Assembly (NCBI GenBank): GCA_964618455.1
Contig: CAZUAQ010000015.1
Span: 14,319-78,318 of the forward strand
DNA from: an uncultured Planctomycetales bacterium
GTDB lineage: Bacteria > Planctomycetota > Phycisphaerae > UBA1845 > PWPN01
Direction of reading: 5' to 3'
DNA length: 64,000 nt
Part shown: in pieces, positions 29,461 to 37,832 of the stretch
Layout: every line of letters begins with the position of its first letter
How positions within the stretch are numbered: the first letter of the stretch is position 1
Notes under the pieces: model-generated
The model's input: the letters and a program-made list of their open reading frames with translations, nothing else
Database searches by the model: none
What the model was told of the DNA's origin: nothing
Made by a program: the position numbers and the translations under genes

Positions 29461-29497
29461 GAAGTAGGGATCTCGGAGCCCTGCCGAATCGTTTTGC

Positions 29498-30535
29498 ATG
29501 TACTGGATCGATCGCCTCGAGGTAACCGTGCCCGCAGACGAACCGCGTATCAGCTATGTCGGCCCGACGGCGGTGTGGTGGATCCCCAAACCTCGCGGCC
29601 CGCGCACGTCGTTGCGGAATGCGGGGCTCGGATGGCTGATCGCCCTGCCGCTCACCGGATTCACCCTGGCGTGGATTCGCGCCCAGGGCGAGCCACTCTG
29701 GCCTTTCGGCCGTGACGTGATTTCACCTGCACAGATGGTGCTGCGTTACGAAATCGTGCTGCTGGTCTATCTGACTTACATCTCGCTTCGCTCCCTGCCC
29801 GGGTGGTGGCGGTACCGTCGCCAGGCCAAGCGCGACGTGTTGGCGATCGATGCCGCCCTGGGCGACGAGAAGTGGGAGCGTGCGGCATTGCTGGTCCATC
29901 GCTACTGTTTGTGCGTGTTTTCCCTTTGGAACCGTCTGCCCGGACGCGTAACGGCATGGGACAGCATCCTGCGAAAGCGAATCGGCCGGCACCGGCGGTT
30001 CCACGTGTTTTTCCAAGGCCGCCCTCCTCCCCTGCCGACTGACGCCCGCTCGGGTTTCACACCGCACATCGTGCCACCGAACCAGCCTTCGATGATCGTG
30101 CTCATCGGGTTGGTGCCGATCGGCCTGCTACTGCTGTTAATGATCGTGGAGGTCGCCCGCCAAGATAGGTGGGAATTGATTCTGACGTTCAACGTCGTGC
30201 TTCTTCTGACGGTCCTGATCAGCTATGGAGGTTATTTCGCACTGGCGCTTCTTGGGCGCTCCCATGACTACCGCCTGGCGCCCGGTACTTTTCAAGTCGT
30301 GCGTTTCGGCATCCTGCGGCGACACCCCCACATCGCCACGTACGATCTGCGCGCGGTCGACGTCAGCCTGGACATTTCGGCACCCTGGGCAACGCTGCGG
30401 CTGCATTCCCCCGGGAGCCTCAAGGGACGCAACTTCTCCTTTCCCAAGAGCACAGAACACGTCGACGCCGTCATTCGGGCCGTGTTGTCCACGGCGCCCA
30501 GCCCTCCACTTCCCAGCGATGCGTTGATGGGATGA
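29498..30535 (+). CDS. hypothetical polytopic membrane protein
   Basis: 345-aa ORF with four or more hydrophobic segments (for example MIVLIGLVPIGLLLLLMIV and LTFNVVLLLTVLISYGGYFALALL). No family motif recognised. Confidence 0.5.
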   Translation: MYWIDRLEVTVPADEPRISYVGPTAVWWIPKPRGPRTSLRNAGLGWLIALPLTGFTLAWIRAQGEPLWPFGRDVISPAQMVLRYEIVLLVYLTYISLRSLPGWWRYRRQAKRDVLAIDAALGDEKWERAALLVHRYCLCVFSLWNRLPGRVTAWDSILRKRIGRHRRFHVFFQGRPPPLPTDARSGFTPHIVPPNQPSMIVLIGLVPIGLLLLLMIVEVARQDRWELILTFNVVLLLTVLISYGGYFALALLGRSHDYRLAPGTFQVVRFGILRRHPHIATYDLRAVDVSLDISAPWATLRLHSPGSLKGRNFSFPKSTEHVDAVIRAVLSTAPSPPLPSDALMG

Positions 30536-30679
30536 AAGAACCTGCAGGACCGACGATTAACGCCTGCTTTCATCTGTGGATGACAACGACTATAATGGAA
30601 TGTTACTTGTACTGACGATGGACCGGACTGACATTCACGAATCACACACCATGAACGACCAATTGACGAACGAAGGAGA

Positions 30680-31588
30680 ATGCCTTTGTTGTTCTCGGAT
30701 ATCTATTCACAAGACAAGCCGGTGATCTCCTTCGAGATCTATCCCCCGAAAACGGAGAAAGGCGAGGCGACACTCTTCAATGAGGAAGTGCCCAAGCTTC
30801 TCCAGCTCTCCCCCACCTTCATGACATGCACGTACGGGGCCGGCGGATCGACCCGCCAGAAAACGCTGGATGTCGTGTCACGCCTGCATAGAGATTTCAA
30901 TGTTTCCACCGCAGCGCACCTGACGTGCGTGGGGTCTTCACGAGAAGAGTTGACCGAGTACATCAGCCGCATCCGTAAGGCCGGCATCAACAATATCGTC
31001 GCTCTTCGCGGAGATCCGCCCCAGGGAGAGACCTCTTTCACCCCTCACCCCGAGGGATTGAATTATGCGTCGGAACTCGTGAGCCTGATCAAGGAAATCG
31101 GAGGCTTCGGCGTGGCGGTCGCGGGTTACCCCGAGGCCCATCCCGAATGCCCGGACAAGATGCTTGACTGGTTGCGATGTCGGGACAAAGTCGTCGCCGG
31201 GGCCGATGTGATCATCACGCAACTCTTCTACGACGTTCGGGACTTCTACGAATACCGCGACCACATGACGAACGTGCTGAAAGTGGACGTGCCGATCGTG
31301 CCGGGTGTTCTGCCGATCGTCAGCACGCCTCAGATCAAGCGCTTCTGCGGCATGTGCGGTTCGCGTCTGCCTTCGGACGTCCTGATGAATCTGGACAAGT
31401 ACACCGACGATGCGGAATCGGCCCGAAAGTACGGCGTGGAGCTGGCATCGAAGATGGCGGAGGAACTTCTGGCCAACGGGGCTCCCGGCATCCACTTCTA
31501 CGTATTGAATAAAGCGAAATCGATCGAGGAAGTGATGCACAACCTCAGCCTGACAGACGCCAGGAGCGCCGCCATGGCCGCCAAGTGA
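30680..31588 (+). CDS. metF: 5,10-methylenetetrahydrofolate reductase
   Basis: ISFEIYPPKT, TCTYGAGGSTR, AAHLTCVG, NIVALRGDPP, ITQLFYD. Confidence 0.9.
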   Translation: MPLLFSDIYSQDKPVISFEIYPPKTEKGEATLFNEEVPKLLQLSPTFMTCTYGAGGSTRQKTLDVVSRLHRDFNVSTAAHLTCVGSSREELTEYISRIRKAGINNIVALRGDPPQGETSFTPHPEGLNYASELVSLIKEIGGFGVAVAGYPEAHPECPDKMLDWLRCRDKVVAGADVIITQLFYDVRDFYEYRDHMTNVLKVDVPIVPGVLPIVSTPQIKRFCGMCGSRLPSDVLMNLDKYTDDAESARKYGVELASKMAEELLANGAPGIHFYVLNKAKSIEEVMHNLSLTDARSAAMAAK

Positions 31589-31645
31589 TCCAGATCGAAC
31601 TCACCGCAAGAGTCGCCATACCCGGTTTGCTCTTGAATGAATGCA

Positions 31646-32827
31646 TCAGCCGGCCCTGCCCTCGAGGCGGGCCTGAGCCTCCGCCATGGCTTCGGCGGTA
31701 GGCGCACTTCCGGAACGCATCATCGCGATAAAGCAATCGAAAAGGTAGGTCGCATCGTGCGGGCCGGGGCTGGCTTCGGGGTGATACTGCACGCTGAAGA
31801 TCGGCTCCTCACGATAGGTGAAGCCCTCCAGCGTCTGATCGTTCAGGTTCACGTGGGTCGGTATCCCACCGACCTTCTCCAGCGATTTCGTTTCGATGGC
31901 GAAGCCGTGGTTCTGGCTGGTAATCTCGACGCGCCGCGTGGCGAGATTCATGACTGGCTGATTCCCGCCGCGGTGCCCGAATTTCAGCTTGTATGATTCC
32001 GCGCCGAGCGCGAGGCTGAGTAACTGATGCCCGAGGCAGATGCCGAACATCGGCACCTTCCCACGCAAGTCCCGCAAGGTCTTGATCGTGTACGTGACCG
32101 GCTCGGGATCACCCGGGCCGTTGCTGATGAAGACGCCATCGGGCTTGTGCTCGAGGATGTCCTCGGCAGAGGCGGCGGAAGGCACTACCGTCAGTCGGCA
32201 TCCGCTTTCGACCAGGTGCCGGCGGATGTTGTGCTTCATCCCGCAGTCGATCGCCACCACATGAAACCCGGCGTCCGTGTCCCGATGGGGCATACTGAAA
32301 GCGCTGGAAAAGCCCTCGCTCCAGGAAAACGAATCACTCGGCGAGACCTGCCTCACCATGTCCACTCCGACGAGCCCGGACCACGCTCGCGCCTTGGCCA
32401 CGAGTTCGGCGTCGTCATGGATCTCGGTCGAAATGGCGGCACGCATCGCCCCGTCAATCCGCAGTTTCCGCGTGATCGCGCGCGTATCGACACCTTCAAT
32501 ACCCACTACGTCATGCTTTGCGAGATACTCCTCGAGCGCGGCGGTCGAACGGAAATTGCTCCTCCGGCGGGAGAGTTCCTTGATCACGAATCCTTCCACC
32601 TGCGGGCCACGCGATTCCTGATCCTCGTCGGACACGCCGTAGTTGCCGATCTGCGGATAGGTCATGGTCACGATCTGGCCGGCGTACGAAGGGTCTGTGA
32701 GGATCTCCTGGTAACCCATTAGCGACGTATTGAAGCAGGCTTCGCCCGTGTGCGTTCCTCGAGCTCCGAAGGCCTGACCGGTGAACACCGTCCCGTCTTC
32801 CAGCGCCAATTTGCATACGTCTGCCAT
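31646..32827 (-). CDS. carA: carbamoyl-phosphate synthase small (glutaminase) subunit
   Basis: LALEDGTVFTG..FG, FNTSLMGYQEILTDPSYAGQIVTMTYPQIGNYG, GICLGHQLL (catalytic Cys), QYHPEASPGPHD. Start trimmed to MADVCKL. Confidence 0.92.
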   Translation of the reverse strand: MADVCKLALEDGTVFTGQAFGARGTHTGEACFNTSLMGYQEILTDPSYAGQIVTMTYPQIGNYGVSDEDQESRGPQVEGFVIKELSRRRSNFRSTAALEEYLAKHDVVGIEGVDTRAITRKLRIDGAMRAAISTEIHDDAELVAKARAWSGLVGVDMVRQVSPSDSFSWSEGFSSAFSMPHRDTDAGFHVVAIDCGMKHNIRRHLVESGCRLTVVPSAASAEDILEHKPDGVFISNGPGDPEPVTYTIKTLRDLRGKVPMFGICLGHQLLSLALGAESYKLKFGHRGGNQPVMNLATRRVEITSQNHGFAIETKSLEKVGGIPTHVNLNDQTLEGFTYREEPIFSVQYHPEASPGPHDATYLFDCFIAMMRSGSAPTAEAMAEAQARLEGRAG

Positions 32828-33000
32828 CGTCGTTCCTGTATGGAGGTTCCCAGGTCCAATCTCGCGTGTACGCAGGCACACGATCGCCCAGTTGTCCCGA
32901 TGCGCCTGCCGCGTTCGTCACGCTTCGCCGATTGTAGTCCGGGAGGGAAAAAAGAAAAGATTCGAGACGTCCGGGAGATTCGAGGTCGTCTGCTGAAGCG

Positions 33001-33768
33001 CTATGCCCCGGTAGCGGAGCCGTGGGTGGACTCAACAACACCATCATACAACGCGCTTCCGACGCGAACGACCGTCGCCCCCTCCTCGATCGCCACCTCG
33101 AAGTCATTGCTCATGCCCATGGACAACTCGCTGAACTCCGGCCCCAGCATGCCCTCTTTTCGGATCTCCTCCCGGAGTTCGCGCAGCCGACGGAAGTGCG
33201 ACCGGGTCTCCTCGGGGTCTTCGACATGCGGCGCCATGGTCATCAGGCCGGCGATCTTCAGTGCGGGCATGGGCGCGATGTGCGTGATGAGGTGATTCAC
33301 CGCCCCGACGGCAATACCGAACTTGCTCTTCTCCCCTGCTACATTCACTTCCAGGTAGACGCGCATCGTTTTGTTGATGCGCTGGGCTTCCTTGCTGATC
33401 TCCTCCGCGAGGCGAAGGCTGTCCACGGAGTGAATCTCCTCCACCCAGGGAAGCACCTGCCGGACCTTGTTACGCTGCAGGTGCCCGATCATGTGCCATC
33501 GCGGCTCCGGCGGTTTCTCCGAGGGATTCAGTTTCCGCCGTCGCGTGAGATGCTCCTGGATCATCCCGCCGCGCTTGACCAGTTCCTGGACACGGCTCTC
33601 CCCGAGATCCTGTAAACCGACTTCAAGTGTCGTCCGGATGACATCGACTTCGACGTACTTGGTGACCGCCACAAGGCGCACCTCGTCCTCGGACCGCCGC
33701 GCCCGCGCGCAAGCAGCCGACATTCGCTCTCGGATCCGCTTCAGATTATCGCTGAGCTTTCGTCGCAT
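33001..33768 (-). CDS. yggS: YggS-family pyridoxal-phosphate homeostasis protein
   Basis: VRLVAVTKY (PLP Lys), WHMIGHLQRNKV, LSMGMSNDFEVAIEEGATVVRVGSALY. Start chosen by alignment to the E. coli YggS N-terminus; the track ORF begins at 33825. Confidence 0.85.
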   Translation of the reverse strand: MRRKLSDNLKRIRERMSAACARARRSEDEVRLVAVTKYVEVDVIRTTLEVGLQDLGESRVQELVKRGGMIQEHLTRRRKLNPSEKPPEPRWHMIGHLQRNKVRQVLPWVEEIHSVDSLRLAEEISKEAQRINKTMRVYLEVNVAGEKSKFGIAVGAVNHLITHIAPMPALKIAGLMTMAPHVEDPEETRSHFRRLRELREEIRKEGMLGPEFSELSMGMSNDFEVAIEEGATVVRVGSALYDGVVESTHGSATGA

Positions 33769-33936
33769 GGTTGTTTGAAGGTTGCAGGACTGATCCATTA
33801 TAGCATTCCCCCGCGTCTCGCGCAATCCGGCGCGCGCTACGCAAACGCGGAGCGACGGAAGTTCGCCTTCTCATGCTGAAGCTGCACACCGCTCCGGTCG
33901 GTTGAAGTCGGCTACCGGTGATGGCAAGATGATCGC

Positions 33937-34557
33937 ATGATCGAATTGGAAGATATCCTGGTGGATCCTCCTGCTCCCGAGGTCTGGCTCGACTTCACCG
34001 CCATGTTTGGGGGAAATGCCCCGGTGGAGATGGAAATCGGCACCGGCAAAGGGGGCTTTCTCCTCAACAGGGCCCGAGCCTACCCCGATCGCCATTTCTT
34101 CGGCGTTGAATGGGCCAACAAGATCATCCTCTACGCCGCCGATCGAATGAAGCGCTGGGGCGTCACCAATGTACGACTCATGCGCACCGACGCCCGGCAC
34201 CTGATGCTGAACCACCTCCCGGCCGACAGCCTGAGCCTGCTGCACATTTACCATCCCGACCCATGGCCGAAGAAGCGGCACCACAAACGCCGGATGATCC
34301 AGCCCGATTTCATCGCCGCCGCCACCTGCGCGCTGATCCCCGGCGGTCGGATGGCCATCCAGACCGACCACGCGGAGTACTTCCAGCAAATCGAGGAGGT
34401 CCTCGCACGGGCGAGCGGCCTGGAACTGGTCCCCTTCGATGTCCCGGAGGCGGGCGTCGTCGACGGCCAGGTCGGCACCAACTTCGAGATCAAGTACCTC
34501 CGCGAAGGCCGCGCCATCTACCAGGCCTCGGTCGTCCGTGTCGTGCCGACGCGCTGA
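33937..34557 (+). CDS. trmB: tRNA (guanine46-N7)-methyltransferase
   Basis: VEMEIGTGKGGFL (SAM motif), FFGVE, HIYHPDPWPKKRHHKRR. Confidence 0.9.
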   Translation: MIELEDILVDPPAPEVWLDFTAMFGGNAPVEMEIGTGKGGFLLNRARAYPDRHFFGVEWANKIILYAADRMKRWGVTNVRLMRTDARHLMLNHLPADSLSLLHIYHPDPWPKKRHHKRRMIQPDFIAAATCALIPGGRMAIQTDHAEYFQQIEEVLARASGLELVPFDVPEAGVVDGQVGTNFEIKYLREGRAIYQASVVRVVPTR

Positions 34558-34776
34558 AACCCACGATTTCGTGAGCATTTCATGGGTTTCTGGGCGGAAT
34601 TCGCTTATGACTTCATCTTTTCTCCAACATCAAACAAGGTGATCTTGGTATCATACCGGTAGGATTGCTTTAAATTCGGGCTGAAGCCTCCTAACTCTCG
34701 ACCAAATCTAACAGGCACCCAAAAGGGAGTGCCGCACATTCACGCCCCCTCCGCGCCTCATCAAAGGAGATCGATC

Positions 34777-37071
34777 ATGTTCACTTCCATTCGCAGCTGG
34801 GTCGTTCTTTTCTGCGTTCTGACCGTCGGCCACGCCACGCTTCATGCACAGACGCCACTCGGCACGGAAATTACCTACCAGGGCAGGGTGGAGAAGAGCG
34901 GATCGCCGCTCGACGACACGGCGGACTTCGAGTTTTCTCTCTGGGACGCCGAAACGAACGGAAATCAGATCGGCTCGACGCAGATCGTCAGCAACGTCAC
35001 GGTCGACAAGGGTGTGTTCACGGTGGAACTCGACTTCGGTGCGAGCGCGTTCGATGGCGATGCACGCTGGCTCCAGATCGCCCTGCGCAGCCCGCATGAC
35101 CCGGGCAACACGCAGCTCCACGCCATATTGAGCCCGCGCCAGCCCATCACGGCCGCGCCGTACGCACAGTACGCCCTGGAGAGTCCCGGATCGGCGTGGA
35201 GCCAGAACGGGAGCGACGTGTACTATGACGCCGGCAACGTGGGGATCGGCACGACTGCCCCGACCGCCCCGCTACAAGTCGAAGGCACGGCGGTGGCGTC
35301 GAACATCTCGGTCCCGAATCCCGACAACCCCGGCGCCACCATCAACCTGAACTGGTTGAACGACGTTCCGCGCCTCCGCTACGGCGGGAGCGGAGCCGGA
35401 AACCACAACGGCTTCGCCATTCATGGGACCGGTGATTCCGTCAAGCTGCGTCTGCTCGACAACGGCGCGCTTGGGCTGGGCACCGACAGCCCCGGCAGCG
35501 TGTTCAACTCCAAGCTGGACGTCATCGGCGGGCACGTGGGCGTGAGCAACGACTACGGCTTCTTCAGCTTCAACAGCACCAGCGACGGCATCGGTGCCGG
35601 GCTGGATACCACATCCAGTGACGATCTGCATCTCTTCGCCGGGGGCTCGCAGCACGCGACCGTAACGGCCGACGGCAATGTCGGCATCGGCAGGTTAGAC
35701 CCTCTCCTTCGGCTTCACGTCGAAGAGACCGGGGACGGCGAGAACAGCGTGCTCAGGCTCGGTCGCATCGCACAGTCCAGCGGCAATTCGCAGTCCGTCA
35801 GTTTCCGGCTCGATCCGACGAACGAGGTCTTCAAGCTGGATGTGGGAGGCAATGGAAACTCATTTGCGAGGATCCACTTCGGCGACTCCAGCAGTCCCGA
35901 CAACGACGTCACGATGTTCGGAAACGTCGGCATCGGGACCACTTCACCGCAGGCCACGCTGCACGTCACCGAAGGCACCAGCGGAATGGGCGTGATCCTG
36001 CCCGGCCTGCGCGTGGAACAGAACGCGACTGGCCGCCCTCACGTCATCGGCGGGGCAAGTGAAAACGTGGTCACTGCCGACTACGCCGCCACGATCAGCG
36101 GCGGCGCGTACAACAGCGTCGAGAATAACCTCGGCACTGTCGGCGGTGGGGGCGATAACACGGCCAGCGGGGACAGCTCTACCGTCGGCGGCGGTTTACT
36201 CAATGAGGCCATCGGCTATGGCAGCACGGTCGCTGGAGGCGAGGACTGCACCGCTGGTGACAGCTACGCCACCGTGTCAGGAGGCTTTTTGAATCTGGCC
36301 AACGGCTGGTCCGCCACCATATCCGGAGGCCATCAAAATCAGGCCAACGGAGTCCTTGCCACCATATCTGGAGGCATTCTCAACAAGGCCGACGGGAGCG
36401 CTGCCACCGTTCCCGGGGGGTCCCGGAACTGGGCCGGCGGCGATTACAGCTTGGCCGCGGGGCGTCGAGCCAAGGTGCGAGACGCGGCAGAGTCCGGCGA
36501 CAGCGACGGCGACGAGGGAACATTCATCTGGGCCGACTCGACCGATGCCAGTTTCACCTCGACTGGACCTGACCAGTTCCTCATCCGCGCGGGCGGCGGT
36601 CTTGGACTCAACCGCAACGATCCATCTCACCCGTTGCACGTCGGCACTGACGGAACCAATGGCAACGGCGCCCATCTCACCGCTGGCGGCACCTGGACCA
36701 GCGGATCGAGCCGGGCATGGAAGGAGAACTTCCGCGCGCTGGACGCGGAGGAGATTCTCGACCGTGTCGCCGCCCTGCCGATCCAGCGCTGGAACTACAC
36801 CGGCAGTGACGAAGGCGACCACATCGGCCCGACCGCCGAGGACTTTCACGCGGCCTTCGGCCTCGGACACAGCGAGCAGTACATCGCCACGATTGACGCC
36901 GACGGGGTCGCCTTGGCCGCCATCCAGGCATTGAAGAAAGAACATGATGCCGCAATGGCCCGCAAACACGCCGAAATCCAATCACTCCAGACGCGGCTGG
37001 AGAGTCTCGAAGCATTGGTTGAAGAACTTAATCGCGAACAGCGCCCCTGGTCGTTCAATCAGGAGAAATGA
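34777..37071 (+). CDS. exported tail-fibre-like protein 1: conserved N-terminal domain, GNVGIG motifs, about 15-aa beta-roll repeats, C-terminal Peptidase_S74 intramolecular-chaperone domain
   Basis: SD AAAGGAGA lies 7 nt upstream. Signal peptide MFTSIRSWVVLFCVLTVGHATLHA/QTPLG. Eight to nine repeats of [AS]T[IV]SGGxxNxAxGxx at 36085-36477 (YadA-head/Hep_Hag-like). C-terminus SSRAWKENFRALD...IGPTAEDF...DGVALAAIQAL plus a coiled coil at 36706-37068. Confidence 0.85.
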   Translation: MFTSIRSWVVLFCVLTVGHATLHAQTPLGTEITYQGRVEKSGSPLDDTADFEFSLWDAETNGNQIGSTQIVSNVTVDKGVFTVELDFGASAFDGDARWLQIALRSPHDPGNTQLHAILSPRQPITAAPYAQYALESPGSAWSQNGSDVYYDAGNVGIGTTAPTAPLQVEGTAVASNISVPNPDNPGATINLNWLNDVPRLRYGGSGAGNHNGFAIHGTGDSVKLRLLDNGALGLGTDSPGSVFNSKLDVIGGHVGVSNDYGFFSFNSTSDGIGAGLDTTSSDDLHLFAGGSQHATVTADGNVGIGRLDPLLRLHVEETGDGENSVLRLGRIAQSSGNSQSVSFRLDPTNEVFKLDVGGNGNSFARIHFGDSSSPDNDVTMFGNVGIGTTSPQATLHVTEGTSGMGVILPGLRVEQNATGRPHVIGGASENVVTADYAATISGGAYNSVENNLGTVGGGGDNTASGDSSTVGGGLLNEAIGYGSTVAGGEDCTAGDSYATVSGGFLNLANGWSATISGGHQNQANGVLATISGGILNKADGSAATVPGGSRNWAGGDYSLAAGRRAKVRDAAESGDSDGDEGTFIWADSTDASFTSTGPDQFLIRAGGGLGLNRNDPSHPLHVGTDGTNGNGAHLTAGGTWTSGSSRAWKENFRALDAEEILDRVAALPIQRWNYTGSDEGDHIGPTAEDFHAAFGLGHSEQYIATIDADGVALAAIQALKKEHDAAMARKHAEIQSLQTRLESLEALVEELNREQRPWSFNQEK

Positions 37072-37469
37072 GTATCTCGCGAAGGAAGCTTTCCTGTGTT
37101 GTGGCCGCCATCATCGGCCTGGGGCTCACAGCATCGTTGGCGGTCGCCCAAACGCCTCTCGGCACGGAGTTCACGTACCAGGGCAGACTTGTCCTGAACG
37201 ACGAACCGCTCAACCACATGGCGGATTTCGACTTCTCGCTCCAGGACGCTGCTGGCTCCGGTGCCCCGCCGGTCAGTGGAAGCCAGCTCAGCTCGACGCA
37301 TACCGTAGGCATCGAGAAACTGTCGATTCCGGAGAGCGCCATTGAACTGCAGGTGGTCGCCATGTCATGCGTGGACCTCGACGGGCAATCCGTCACTCTG
37401 GCCTCGACGATTCGCAAGGCAAAACTGCGACAAAGCGAAGCCGATGTATTCAGGCTCGCCTTAGATTAA
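37068..37469 (+). CDS. small exported protein: stand-alone diverged copy of the tail-fibre N-terminal domain
   Basis: ATGA overlap with the fibre-1 stop. Signal peptide ...GLGLTASLAVA/QTPLGTEFTYQGRL...ADFDFSLQDA is collinear with QTPLGTEITYQGRV...ADFEFSLWDA of fibre 1. It could be a gene remnant. Confidence 0.5.
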   Translation: MSISRRKLSCVVAAIIGLGLTASLAVAQTPLGTEFTYQGRLVLNDEPLNHMADFDFSLQDAAGSGAPPVSGSQLSSTHTVGIEKLSIPESAIELQVVAMSCVDLDGQSVTLASTIRKAKLRQSEADVFRLALD

Positions 37470-37832
37470 GCCCTGCAAGCTTTTACGTAGGATCAGCCCT
37501 GTTAGCGACCCATCCCGCTTTAAAGCATCAGCTTATTATTCCAACTTTTATTATGTCCCAAGGCTTACTTCGTGTAGCATATAGAAGCCTCCAAACGGGT
37601 CAGAGGCCCTCACCGGCTCCCGGTGAGGTGAATCCACAGATGAAGCAGACAGTCACCGATTCTCGCGGAGTGATCGGTTTACCGAAGGAATCCCCCTTGA
37701 CAGTGATGGTACCGAGACAGTGACGGTACTGAAAAAACCTGCTGCGCGCCTTCATGAATGGCGGCCGCCCGGAAAGGGACCATACGCCCTATTGTGGTAG
37801 CTGAGCATGGCGAGGGGCGAAAGGAGAACAAC

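Noticed and set aside
37367-37723. 118-aa ORF in the lectin-gene leader
   Set aside because: It starts inside the 133-aa ORF in another frame and spans the low-GC hairpin region. There is no SD and no coding-like third-position bias.
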